From: a virus
Lineage: Duplodnaviria > Caudoviricetes
Strand: one strand, 5' to 3'
Length of the DNA stretch: 47,337 nt
IMG/VR virus record: IMGVR_UViG_3300044233_000745
Span: 1-47,337 of that record
The position numbers were made by a program, and so were the translations under genes. The notes beneath the pieces were generated by a model. The model made no database searches, was not told the DNA's origin, and saw only the letters and a program-made list of their open reading frames with translations. Below are positions 16,953 through 26,559 of the stretch, piece after piece (positions within the stretch are counted from its first letter, which is position 1; every line of letters starts with the position of its first letter).

Positions 16953-19354
16953 TAATTTTTTCCCATTGCCATCTTTGTAGCAGTCGCATACATCACTTCT
17001 TTGTACTTGTCACCGTATCTTTCTTTGAACTCATCTTCTTTCTTTTTAAGTTCTTTGACGATTTCTTCACGTTTTTTCATTTCAGCATCAGTCATCTTCT
17101 CGCCTTCTGCCTCACGGACTCGTGCGATTGCCTTTTCCATAATCGACTGACCAACAGTCAATGATTGCTTTGACTTAGTGACAGGCACTTTTGTTTCCAT
17201 CACGGCACGGAGACGCTGTGTTGCAGTCAGTTCTGCACCGACACCCTCAATCTTCAGACCACGACCTGCCATCGTTACCTTGATGCCATTGTTACGCATT
17301 ATGCGAATGACGACTTCACGAACATCAGTATCCAAGTCTTGAAGGTCACGAGCAAACTTTGCGGTAACACGAGGTGATTTCTTATTTGCGATTGCTGACA
17401 TACGATTAGCAAATCCTAAGAAATCTTTCTTATCCACACCACCTTTTGTCATTGCGTATTGTGTCAGTTCTTTTGCTGCACCTTTGTAATCTGCCTTACT
17501 GACATCAAATGGTGGTTCGTCTTTCTTCTCGTCCAGTTCAATATCTTCAGCGAACACATCATTTGTTTGACGTTTAATTGCTGCTTTGAATCCATCTGCT
17601 TTACGCTGATCAGTGAAAGTAAACATTACCCCATCATCTTCAACTGCTCTAGCATATTTGCCTTTGTAAGTTTTTAATTCACGCTCGATTTGTTTTTGGT
17701 TCTTATCAATATCACCAGTAACAATGACATCAAACTTCTCGTCCAGTTCGACTTCTTCTTTGACAGGAATCATCTTTAGGTTTGTCTGAGCAAGTCCCAT
17801 TTTGGTTCTGATAGATGTAACGTCCATCCTTTTACCCTTTAAGACAACAGTGCGTCCCTTCCTTGAATACTCAACATCATTGTCTTTAGCGAGTCGTTCC
17901 AGTTTACTTGCCATGTCGGAAGTAACATTCGGAACAGTAAAAGTCACCATTGGAGATTCTTGAAGTTCAACGTCTTCTTTTATCTTGCCTTGATAAACGT
18001 TTGATGGAAACTTCATTTTATACATAACACGCAAAATGTCTCTCTCGCTACCTTTCAAGATTACTGATTTACCCTTCATGGTGAAAGAAACATTATTATC
18101 GTCACCTACAGACTTTACTCGTTTTGCTGTTGTAGGATCAGCTTCAAACGTAAGAGTTGCTTCATCAAGTTCAACTTCTTCCTTGCTAAAACGCTTGCCA
18201 ATCATCTTCGCACGAGCATCGTTATGTCCCTTAGACCAAGCAGTATACTCTTTTGTGCCTTTCTTGTTGGGGTTGTCGTCATAACTTACTTTCTTAGCAA
18301 CTGCCTTCTTACCTGCTTCATAAGCACCTGCTTCAGCAGGAGTCTTGTATGCCTCTTCAAGTTCTTCGTTCTTCAACTTATCAATCTTTTTCTGAAGTGC
18401 GAACTTCTTCATTCTCACTGAAGCAGTGTTGCCACTGATACGATCCAACATTTTTTCTAAGTCAGCAATCTGCTGTTCCTTAGATTTTGCTTCGTCCAGT
18501 TCTACAGACTCTTTATACATGTTCAGTTCAAACTTCTTATCGTCAAGATTAGCAACTTGAATCTGAACTCCCTTCTTACCGTCTTTACCCATCAATCGGT
18601 ATTTGTTAGTCTTACCCTTAGATGGTTTGCGAGGACCAGATGCAACCTTGTTATCAATTTCTTTTGGATCAATATCAACACCCAACTTCTTCTTCGCATA
18701 GTCGTATGCGTGTTTCATCGCAGATGAAAAATCCTTGTGGTACAAGTCGTATCCAGTTCCACCTGACTTAGATGGGTCTCGTACTTCTTCCATTCCTTCT
18801 GGTTTGTCGTGAGTGTATCCCATCTTGGCATACTTCTCATGATCTTCTGGAGATTTTGCTTCAACCCCCTTACCAGTTTTAGGATCATACATCATATGAG
18901 GATATTTGACTGCCTCTAAAATGTAATCACCATCTCTGTGTTGCTTAATGCCATCCATACCCTTTAGCATCTCAGGTGTCAAATCAACACCCATTTCTTT
19001 AGCAACATCCTTGAGTGGTTTCATTCCTGCTGCACCACCTTCATCAGAAAGTTTCTTCTTCAATGCTTTGAGGAGTTTATCTTTATCGACTTCTTCTTTC
19101 ATTTCGGTTGGATTTGAAATGTAGTCGTTCATCTTATTCATGCTATTAGATGCGACTGCTAACTTGTTTGTCCACCAAGTCGGAAGAGAACCTTCGTTAT
19201 CCATTGAGTTTAGTGCACTCATGATTGCTTGTGCATCCTCAATGATTGTCTTACATTGACGTTTTGCCGATGCAACGTCAACGTGACCGTCTTCGACAAT
19301 CGGTTCTACATTCTCTTTGATGAACATTGATCGAATAGTGCGTTCTAAAGTCAT
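16952..19354 (-). CDS. 800-aa modular internal head polyprotein
   Basis: Repeated E(E/S/D)(V/I)EL(D/Q)E linkers between short K-rich modules. Confidence 0.75.
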   Translation of the reverse strand: MTLERTIRSMFIKENVEPIVEDGHVDVASAKRQCKTIIEDAQAIMSALNSMDNEGSLPTWWTNKLAVASNSMNKMNDYISNPTEMKEEVDKDKLLKALKKKLSDEGGAAGMKPLKDVAKEMGVDLTPEMLKGMDGIKQHRDGDYILEAVKYPHMMYDPKTGKGVEAKSPEDHEKYAKMGYTHDKPEGMEEVRDPSKSGGTGYDLYHKDFSSAMKHAYDYAKKKLGVDIDPKEIDNKVASGPRKPSKGKTNKYRLMGKDGKKGVQIQVANLDDKKFELNMYKESVELDEAKSKEQQIADLEKMLDRISGNTASVRMKKFALQKKIDKLKNEELEEAYKTPAEAGAYEAGKKAVAKKVSYDDNPNKKGTKEYTAWSKGHNDARAKMIGKRFSKEEVELDEATLTFEADPTTAKRVKSVGDDNNVSFTMKGKSVILKGSERDILRVMYKMKFPSNVYQGKIKEDVELQESPMVTFTVPNVTSDMASKLERLAKDNDVEYSRKGRTVVLKGKRMDVTSIRTKMGLAQTNLKMIPVKEEVELDEKFDVIVTGDIDKNQKQIERELKTYKGKYARAVEDDGVMFTFTDQRKADGFKAAIKRQTNDVFAEDIELDEKKDEPPFDVSKADYKGAAKELTQYAMTKGGVDKKDFLGFANRMSAIANKKSPRVTAKFARDLQDLDTDVREVVIRIMRNNGIKVTMAGRGLKIEGVGAELTATQRLRAVMETKVPVTKSKQSLTVGQSIMEKAIARVREAEGEKMTDAEMKKREEIVKELKKKEDEFKERYGDKYKEVMYATATKMAMGKN

Positions 19355-19356
19355 GG

Positions 19357-20058
19357 TTACATCCCCCCCAAATCATCAAGAATATCACCTAACATATCAT
19401 TTCTATAATCTTTATTCTTGTTCATCATGTTCAATACTTGTTGCATACCCATCTTTTTCAACACATCAGGAATCTTTTTGATGACTTCATCTTCTTTTGC
19501 GTTGGGTTTTACACCCATCTTCTTCAGTGCCTTGGCAACCAGATTTGCTGTGTCTTTACGTTCTGTCAGTTCAACTTCTTCTGCATAGAAATCTGCAATC
19601 TTCTGTGCGGAGTCAAAGAACTTCTGCCCCTTCTCACCCTTGCGTGACATAAAGAATCCACCCGCACCGTCATCCAAATCACCAGATGCGACTTCTTTGC
19701 CACCGACCATAACTTTTGCAACACCGTCACCCTTTGTGACAACTTTGGTCTTACCCTTAGTTGCAAGCACACGCATTGCTTCGTCAAGATTTTCATCTAA
19801 TTTAGGATCAGTGTCAACCTTGTCCTTCTTATCATTATCAATATTCTTACTGATTGCTTTTCTACGCTTGTGTAGATATTTGTCAGTAGAATCAATATCA
19901 CCATCGTTGTCGAGGTCTTGATCTTTTCGGTCATCGAAATCTTTCTTGACCGCTTTCTTATCGACAGGATCAAGTTTCTTTTCACTTACTACTTCTCTGA
20001 CAGCATCCAAAACGCTATCAGGAAGTCCATAATTTTTCTTACTTCCCCAAGTTGCCAT
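19357..20058 (-). CDS. modular internal head protein
   Basis: DLDNDGDIDSTD Ca-binding-like motif; ENLDEA and EEVELTE linkers. Confidence 0.7.
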   Translation of the reverse strand: MATWGSKKNYGLPDSVLDAVREVVSEKKLDPVDKKAVKKDFDDRKDQDLDNDGDIDSTDKYLHKRRKAISKNIDNDKKDKVDTDPKLDENLDEAMRVLATKGKTKVVTKGDGVAKVMVGGKEVASGDLDDGAGGFFMSRKGEKGQKFFDSAQKIADFYAEEVELTERKDTANLVAKALKKMGVKPNAKEDEVIKKIPDVLKKMGMQQVLNMMNKNKDYRNDMLGDILDDLGGM

Positions 20059-20070
20059 GAGTATTCTCCT

Positions 20071-23000
20071 TTAATCTAATTCGGATACTGTTTTACCTTT
20101 TTCCCACATACGACATGACCAGTACCTTGCTTTAGTCTTCGGTCCTGGATTGTCACAATTGTGGCGACTTCTAAATGATTTACGTCTATTTGGATCATCT
20201 CGTTTGATCTCCATATTGGGATCACCAAAATTCACCTTGACCACATTGCCCTTTTCATTACGAACATATACTGAAAACTTTTTAGGTCCTTTCGGTGTAC
20301 GGAAAGGATCGTTGAGTTTTACTTTACGCCCTTCATATTCAGATTCTGTTAGGTCTTGATTTGCAATCTCTTTAATTTTATCAACGTGACCTTGAATGTA
20401 TGAGTGTTCTTGTTCAAGTCCAACCATTCTTGCCATCGTCATAATTTGGTCTGCGAGATTTTGTGCCATAGACACATCCTCTGGTGATGCTTCATTATTT
20501 TGGATTATATATTTCTCACGATAGAACAATTGATCTTGCAACTGTGCTAATCGTTCGGCAGTACGCATATCATCAATCAAGGTGTCAATTTTACTATATA
20601 ATTTAGTTGCGAAAGGGCACATATGAAAGAATTCAGTTTTATAATTGCCTACTCTAATTTCTCCACCTTCAATCTGTTCATCCAAATCTTCAACTCTGAA
20701 TGCGTGTCTTGGATAGGACTCTCTTTGACCCGGTGTCATATCGGAGTACCGCTTACGAATCTCATCAGTGCCAACCTCAACAGGTCCCATCACTTCTTGT
20801 TCGTTCACCATCTTTGCCAACACACGAGCATCCACACCATCAAACTGTCTGGCAATCTGCTGTGCATAGTATTCAATAGTGTGCTGTAATCCCTTACGAC
20901 CCGCTTCTTTTTTCTTGCGAGTCAAAACATCTTGTAGAACTTTCTTTGCTGAATCATAACCTTTTTTGTTGGTAATCTTACTCAAAGGTTCAAGCAACCA
21001 CCGTGGCATTTCTTCTAATTCAGACTCTTGTTGTTCTCTACGCAACCAATTGAATGTTTTACCTTTTGGTGGTTCGACTTTCATCGGAGCAGGACGTTTA
21101 CTTGGTTCGTATTTCTTGCGAGTCTCTGGGTCCATCATAGAAAGATAGAAGTCGTCATTCTTACCAACACCATATTTCTTCATGCGTTTTGCCATGCGAA
21201 TTTGTGCAGTTGTTGGTTTTTTTGATTCTTCAATAGATTCACCTTTTGCACGTTTCATTTGTGCTGGTGTCGGTGCTCCTTTGTCACCAACTTTTCTCAT
21301 CTTCTCACCAGAACCTCTTTTGATTCTTTCTCTTTTTTTGTGAATGTTCGCCCAAAGACTTTCACTTGCAAATGACTCTTTCTTTGCCTTCTTTGCAGCA
21401 CTTGCCTTTGCCCACAAATCTTTGTCTGCGGTTGTACGAGTTTTACCACCAGTAAGGAATGAGTTGACACGAGCAAATGCCCACTGTTGTGGTGTTGTAC
21501 CTGGTCGATGCCCTGTCTTCCATGCTGCCATTCCACGATCATACACTTTCTTCAGGATACCGTATGGAACACCACTCTTTTCAGATTTCTTTTTTAATCC
21601 TTCAATGGACTTCTCTTCAAGATCGTCATATGACTCTTTCCTATTCTTGTTACGAGTATCCCTCAATCTTGCTCTGTCAAGGATAGCGTCGAACTTTTGT
21701 TTGTCTGATTCTTTCTCTCGACTGATGCGTTCTTTCGCTCTCTGTACCGCATCTTGCTCATCAATTTTACCCGTATCTGTGCGACCTTTGAGTACCGCAT
21801 TACGAACACGTTGGAATGCTGCGGTGTCGTCATCAACGATGTTAATGAGTTTATCAAGGATATCTAACAGTGCCTTACGCAATACAGGATTCGTCAATCC
21901 TTTTTCACCTGATTTCAACGCACGACGATATTTCTCTAAGTCACCTTGCTTTGCCATACCCATACGGAGTAACTGATTGATTTTTGGTGTCAGCAATCCA
22001 CCCACATCATCTGCTTCAATCTGATAGTTATCAGTTGGGACTGCGTGTGACAGTGGCGAACGAGCAGGATCAAGATAGAACAAACTATATGACTTGATAT
22101 TCTGTCTTTTACCCTTTCCTTCGTTCAGTTCAATTTGATCAATCAGTTCATCAAATGCATCCTCAAGCATCATCTCTGTCCCAAACATCTCATTAATTTT
22201 CTCACTTGAGATATATGATGCTCTGGCAGGAGGAATGTCATACACACCAGCACTCAAAACTTGTTTCATATTGCTGTGTGACTTGCTGATGTGCTGTTGG
22301 AACTTTGCCTTATCGATTGGTTTTGGAATTTTATTAAATGCTTGTAATACTTTAGCAGCATCACCCGCCTTAACCTTGACTTTGCGACCATCATCAAAAA
22401 CAATCGGGTGGTCACCTTTGAGGTCTACTGCCTTACGGAGTTGGACGATAATGTTCTTGTCTGCTTCACGGTCATCGTCACCTCTCGCCCCAACTGCCTC
22501 ACCGTACATCTGCTTGTACTTTTGAGTGTACTTAGACGGTTTGGTCTTCGCACCCTTATCACCCGGTGCAGGTTTGTATGATGCAGGATCATTATCTGGT
22601 TTATCAGCACCTTTCGCAAACTGCTTTGCCCGTGCCTCTTTCTCTTTATCAGAGAGTCCCTTGTAATACTTTTTGGGTTGTGTGCCAGGTAAATCTTTGA
22701 CATCTGGGTCTTGTGCAACTTTTTGCTCAAACTGTGCGTTGATGTCAAATGCCTCAAACATTGCGTCGAACGATTCGTTCTTACTTGAACGTGCCTTTGC
22801 CACACGTTCCATTTCTTTCTTACGAACCTTTGGAAGTAAACGTTTTGACAAAGCACCCACAGCAGACTTTTTCTTTTCAAGCATCTTATCCACCGATATC
22901 TTTTGTGTCGTAGACAGGTTTTTATAGTTCGCACCCATTTTGCCCGCAACTTTGCGTCTTAGAATGTTCAGTGCTGCCTTTCGTGCCCGATATGCCAAAC

Positions 23001-23880
23001 GGTCTGGAGGTGCAACACGTTTTGCCTTGATTTTACGGAAACGTGCCAAACGTGGTGCGAGTCGTTTCATCCGACGACCCATCTTTAGACGTTGCTGAAG
23101 TGTCAGTGGTTTGCGTTCTTGGAGGTCTTTCTCCTCTTCATCGTCCTTATCGCCCAATTCGTCATCTGGAATTAGAAAGTCCAAAGCAGGAATGTCGGAG
23201 TCTTGAGGATCAAGTTCATCAAACTCATCATCGTCATTGGTGTCGATACCAAACAACTCACGGTCTAGTTCATCATCATCAACTTCTAGGTCTGCTTCGG
23301 TGAGTTGTAATTCTTCTTTTATTATCTCATTCAGTCCCATAGATTTCTTTACGGCATTGAACATTTCTTCAGAATCAATGCCTTTAGGTGTGCCCTTCTT
23401 GAAACTGACCATATCATTATTCTGAACCGCAAGACGCATCTTGCTTGCACTCATGCCAGTAACACCTTCGGAATCAGGGTCTCTTTCCCCTGCCGATTGG
23501 ACATCAATGCTATTAAATGTATAATCTTTGCCGTTGTATTTGTTAAGCAAACGGTCAAATTCTGGAACACGGTCTGATCCTGCTACCATAATGATATCAG
23601 TAAAACCTTCTGTTTGAAGTTCTTTTAGCACATTGATAACAGTCTTCGCATCTGATTTGGTCACCATATTACCAAATGCTTGTTTTGCGAACTTGACTTT
23701 CTGATCGTATGAAAGGGGGTCTTTCTTATTTTTTGGATCAATTTGTAAAGAGGTATGAGACAAGTAGATTCTTGCAGTGGCACGTTCCTTACGAGCGACA
23801 GCATTGATTTTGTCTGCGAGTTTCTTATGACCAACAGTCGGAGGATTCATCCGACCAAAAGCAAATACAATTTTCTTCAC
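20071..23880 (-). CDS. HxGH-type (cytidylyltransferase-like) nucleotidyltransferase fused to many modules
   Basis: FGRMNPPTVGH, AGSDR and MSASKMR motifs, followed by about 1080 aa of modules separated by L/I-x-E sites. Confidence 0.85.
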   Translation of the reverse strand: MKKIVFAFGRMNPPTVGHKKLADKINAVARKERATARIYLSHTSLQIDPKNKKDPLSYDQKVKFAKQAFGNMVTKSDAKTVINVLKELQTEGFTDIIMVAGSDRVPEFDRLLNKYNGKDYTFNSIDVQSAGERDPDSEGVTGMSASKMRLAVQNNDMVSFKKGTPKGIDSEEMFNAVKKSMGLNEIIKEELQLTEADLEVDDDELDRELFGIDTNDDDEFDELDPQDSDIPALDFLIPDDELGDKDDEEEKDLQERKPLTLQQRLKMGRRMKRLAPRLARFRKIKAKRVAPPDRLAYRARKAALNILRRKVAGKMGANYKNLSTTQKISVDKMLEKKKSAVGALSKRLLPKVRKKEMERVAKARSSKNESFDAMFEAFDINAQFEQKVAQDPDVKDLPGTQPKKYYKGLSDKEKEARAKQFAKGADKPDNDPASYKPAPGDKGAKTKPSKYTQKYKQMYGEAVGARGDDDREADKNIIVQLRKAVDLKGDHPIVFDDGRKVKVKAGDAAKVLQAFNKIPKPIDKAKFQQHISKSHSNMKQVLSAGVYDIPPARASYISSEKINEMFGTEMMLEDAFDELIDQIELNEGKGKRQNIKSYSLFYLDPARSPLSHAVPTDNYQIEADDVGGLLTPKINQLLRMGMAKQGDLEKYRRALKSGEKGLTNPVLRKALLDILDKLINIVDDDTAAFQRVRNAVLKGRTDTGKIDEQDAVQRAKERISREKESDKQKFDAILDRARLRDTRNKNRKESYDDLEEKSIEGLKKKSEKSGVPYGILKKVYDRGMAAWKTGHRPGTTPQQWAFARVNSFLTGGKTRTTADKDLWAKASAAKKAKKESFASESLWANIHKKRERIKRGSGEKMRKVGDKGAPTPAQMKRAKGESIEESKKPTTAQIRMAKRMKKYGVGKNDDFYLSMMDPETRKKYEPSKRPAPMKVEPPKGKTFNWLRREQQESELEEMPRWLLEPLSKITNKKGYDSAKKVLQDVLTRKKKEAGRKGLQHTIEYYAQQIARQFDGVDARVLAKMVNEQEVMGPVEVGTDEIRKRYSDMTPGQRESYPRHAFRVEDLDEQIEGGEIRVGNYKTEFFHMCPFATKLYSKIDTLIDDMRTAERLAQLQDQLFYREKYIIQNNEASPEDVSMAQNLADQIMTMARMVGLEQEHSYIQGHVDKIKEIANQDLTESEYEGRKVKLNDPFRTPKGPKKFSVYVRNEKGNVVKVNFGDPNMEIKRDDPNRRKSFRSRHNCDNPGPKTKARYWSCRMWEKGKTVSELD

Positions 23881-23917
23881 AGGGTTTTCCTTAGACTTAC
23901 CTGATTACATTACCATC

Positions 23918-23925
23918 TATTTATA
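23918..23925 (-). promoter_or_regulatory. T4-type late promoter TATAAATA
   Basis: Exact gp55 consensus upstream of the NTase polyprotein. Confidence 0.75.
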
Positions 23926-25150
23926 CTTTTTGCCATCCCTTGAGGACTTCTGGTGAAAAGTTTGCATAACTAAATTGCAGTCGATCAACCAGTTTGATTG
24001 CATTTCCTGAATGATCAATCGCAACATATCCCTCTTGTTCTGTCACTTTGTATCCATCCTTGGTTTTGAGGAATGTACCAATACTTTTTGTTGTGTCCAT
24101 TTTTTTGATGAATATTGACTTGACTTTTTGGATATCTTTATAAATCGTGAAGATATCGACAAGTGCTTCTGGTTGTGTTACCACCTTTAGCATATCTTCT
24201 TTCTTCTGACGAGCAGGTGCTTTGCCTCGTTCAGTCTTCTTTGACTCAATCTGCTCGTCATAATATGTAATCAGATAATCTACTAAGTCACGGACAAACG
24301 CACGAGGTGACCCGATGTCTTCTTGATCACGGACTTTGCTATTAATAAATGCCTTGATGCGAGTATTTAAATCATTGTTCTCTGCGATTGCATTCATCAC
24401 GGATGCATCGACACCTCTGAACTTGCGTCCGATAGTGGACAGCAAACTTGTCACTTCGGTGGTCTCGTCTTCGGTAAAGGTTGCGACACCAGACACATCA
24501 CGATAGGTTGCGTTATCCATAAACACCGATGATGTCTTTTTGAGTTTGCCCACAATGTCAGCAGTGAAGTCTGCCTTCATTGACTCTAACGACTTACCAG
24601 TATACTTGGTGTGCCAAATGACACCAATCTTCGCACGACCAATCTTACCCGCTAAACCAGAACCAACAGGAACCGCATACACGATTGTGTTTGGTTGGAA
24701 CGTCAGGTTCGATTCTCCATCTATTTTTGTTTTCTTGAGATCAGATTTTGTAAATAAGAGATCACCTTGGATAATGTCCGTGATACCCAACTTTGAAAAT
24801 TCAGATAGTGCAATTGCAAACTTTGATTTAAGGTCTGTAGGTAGTTCTTTAGCACTTCGTATTTCGCTTTGAGTTTTGTACAATAATGGTTGAACATTGA
24901 AGATTCCTTTTTTTGCTACAAAAAATTTCCCATCTCTGGGGTCTATTCCCGCAAATATAGCGGGTGCTCCATCCCACTTCACTGTCGTGTTGATCGGTTG
25001 TGTTGACCGACCCGACATCATATTTCGTAATGACTGTAAAAAGTTGATTGCCTGACGAGTGCCATCTACACCATCGTTGAGAACCAAATCCTCAAGGTGC
25101 TCCATGTGAACATTCTTTTCTTCAGACAGAAATGCTTGTAATCTTTGCAT
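23921..25150 (-). CDS. RNA-ligase-like nucleotidyltransferase (DUF6267-like) virion protein
   Basis: TVKWDGAP (KxDG motif I), EGYV (motif IV) and KLVDR (motif V). Confidence 0.7.
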   Translation of the reverse strand: MQRLQAFLSEEKNVHMEHLEDLVLNDGVDGTRQAINFLQSLRNMMSGRSTQPINTTVKWDGAPAIFAGIDPRDGKFFVAKKGIFNVQPLLYKTQSEIRSAKELPTDLKSKFAIALSEFSKLGITDIIQGDLLFTKSDLKKTKIDGESNLTFQPNTIVYAVPVGSGLAGKIGRAKIGVIWHTKYTGKSLESMKADFTADIVGKLKKTSSVFMDNATYRDVSGVATFTEDETTEVTSLLSTIGRKFRGVDASVMNAIAENNDLNTRIKAFINSKVRDQEDIGSPRAFVRDLVDYLITYYDEQIESKKTERGKAPARQKKEDMLKVVTQPEALVDIFTIYKDIQKVKSIFIKKMDTTKSIGTFLKTKDGYKVTEQEGYVAIDHSGNAIKLVDRLQFSYANFSPEVLKGWQKV

Positions 25151-25153
25151 CAA

Positions 25154-25546
25154 TTATTTATATTCCTCGATAAACTCCTTTGCTAATACTCCCTCAAGTG
25201 CATACGCTTCCTTTTCATACCAAAGGTTCAAATACTCCTCTTGTGTTTTGTACTCCATCTTACCGTCAATAGCAAGTTCTTTTCTAGCGTATTGTTTGAT
25301 GTGGACGCATTCGTGTGCGAGTGTTTCTATCAGTGTGTAAGTGTCGATGTCTTCTTTGACTTCAATGACAAACTCTCGTGGGGTGACTGCTAAACAATAA
25401 CCAAGTGCATCACAATCACCGTCAATTTGGATGCAAACATCAAGTGTCTTCATTCGGGGCATCAACTTGCCAATACAGTAGTTGACAACATTTTCTGCCA
25501 AACGGCAAGTCTCTTCGTTATTACCCCAAGCAGCCACTAGATTCAT
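25154..25546 (-). CDS. HExxH zinc metallopeptidase-like protein
   Basis: TLAHECVHIKQ...EKEAY. Confidence 0.8.
   Translation of the reverse strand: MNLVAAWGNNEETCRLAENVVNYCIGKLMPRMKTLDVCIQIDGDCDALGYCLAVTPREFVIEVKEDIDTYTLIETLAHECVHIKQYARKELAIDGKMEYKTQEEYLNLWYEKEAYALEGVLAKEFIEEYK
25155..25162 (-). promoter_or_regulatory. T4-type late promoter TATAAATA
   Basis: Exact consensus, 4 nt before the ATG at 25150. Confidence 0.75.
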
Positions 25547-25734
25547 TTGATTTCCTCAATCTCTCCCAACACTTCAAATTTACGATATCTCTTACCAAAT
25601 GTCAAGGGTTTTGTAAAAACTTTTACATCTTTTTCATCCATACCTTGGAATGCTACCAACTTACCAGACTTCTTGTGAACATAGTAAGTGTGGGGTAGCA
25701 AATCCTTGGTGGTCTCTCTCAAGACTTGAATCAT
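25543..25734 (-). CDS. hypothetical protein
   Basis: 63-aa ORF coupled by ATGA overlaps. Confidence 0.7.
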   Translation of the reverse strand: MIQVLRETTKDLLPHTYYVHKKSGKLVAFQGMDEKDVKVFTKPLTFGKRYRKFEVLGEIEEIK

Positions 25735-25910
25735 AACTGATTCTCCCGCTCGACATCTTCTGCCATGATCTTCAAACCCATCAACCCATTGTATGCTTGG
25801 GTCAAGTATGGATCAATCTCACGTTTTTCAACGTAGTCAGTGAGACTCCACTCAACCTTACGCTCCAACATTGTTTCAATCTCTTCGATTGCTTCAAATA
25901 CTTCTTTCAT
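25731..25910 (-). CDS. 59-aa hypothetical protein (MKEVFEAIEEIETML...)
   Basis: Manual translation; TAATG/ATGA coupling to both neighbours; below ORF-track cutoff. Confidence 0.7.
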   Translation of the reverse strand: MKEVFEAIEEIETMLERKVEWSLTDYVEKREIDPYLTQAYNGLMGLKIMAEDVERENQL

Positions 25911-26125
25911 TACTCAACCTCATATAGTCCAGGAAGTCCTGTAAGTTCTGGGTATTGTTTTACGATATCTCTAAGGTCAATACCACTTGGAACAGGCATA
26001 TCCAATACATCACGGCAAACCATTTCCCATAATTGCTCTAGTCCAATTGCCGTTGGTTTTGCAAATTCACGAATAAAATTTTCAAGTGTTTCTACCCGCA
26101 ACTGCAACTCTTCAATTTCGTTCAT
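25910..26125 (-). CDS. hypothetical protein
   Basis: 71-aa coupled ORF. Confidence 0.7.
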   Translation of the reverse strand: MNEIEELQLRVETLENFIREFAKPTAIGLEQLWEMVCRDVLDMPVPSGIDLRDIVKQYPELTGLPGLYEVE

Positions 26126-26469
26126 TATACATTCACCATACAGTTTTGTTCTGCGTTTAATTCTTTCATCATCTGAACTGCCAACTCATACTCTGCATCA
26201 TTATCACAAGTATCGATCAACTCAACACGACCATCGTAGTCCATGCTTGTCTCAAACGGGATGTATGCTTCTTCGCCTTCACGACCAAACTCAGCACCGT
26301 CTTTCTCAACGATGATGGTGTAACCTTCAAACAAGTACATACCATTCTTAGGATGAGTAATCGCACCTTTGGCAATCACTTTACCTTCAATGTAAGCACC
26401 CTTAGTGCCACGGAAATCATAACCACGGATAACCATACCAACTTCTGCAAGATTTTCATATTTCAACAT
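26125..26469 (-). CDS. hypothetical early protein
   Basis: Start MLKYENL directly after an early promoter. Confidence 0.7.
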   Translation of the reverse strand: MLKYENLAEVGMVIRGYDFRGTKGAYIEGKVIAKGAITHPKNGMYLFEGYTIIVEKDGAEFGREGEEAYIPFETSMDYDGRVELIDTCDNDAEYELAVQMMKELNAEQNCMVNV

Positions 26470-26498
26470 AACTTTCTCTCTTCTCAATCAACATGTAC

Positions 26499-26527
26499 AT
26501 TATTACAAAAAAAGGGGGTCTTGTAAA
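26499..26527 (-). promoter_or_regulatory. sigma70-type early promoter TTTACA-17-AATAAT (TGn)
   Basis: Overlaps the terminator hairpin. Confidence 0.6.
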
Positions 26528-26535
26528 CCCCCTTT
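26507..26535 (-). terminator. intrinsic terminator after the uvsX-gp41 operon
   Basis: AAAGGGGGT...ACCCCCTTT stem running into a 7-T tract. Confidence 0.75.
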
Positions 26536-26559
26536 GCGAAACTTTTATTGTGAAAAAAA

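Noticed and set aside
17520-18510. CRISPR-like array from the recurring TCGTCCAGTTC
   Set aside because: Short, irregularly spaced and in-frame; it encodes ELDE linkers.
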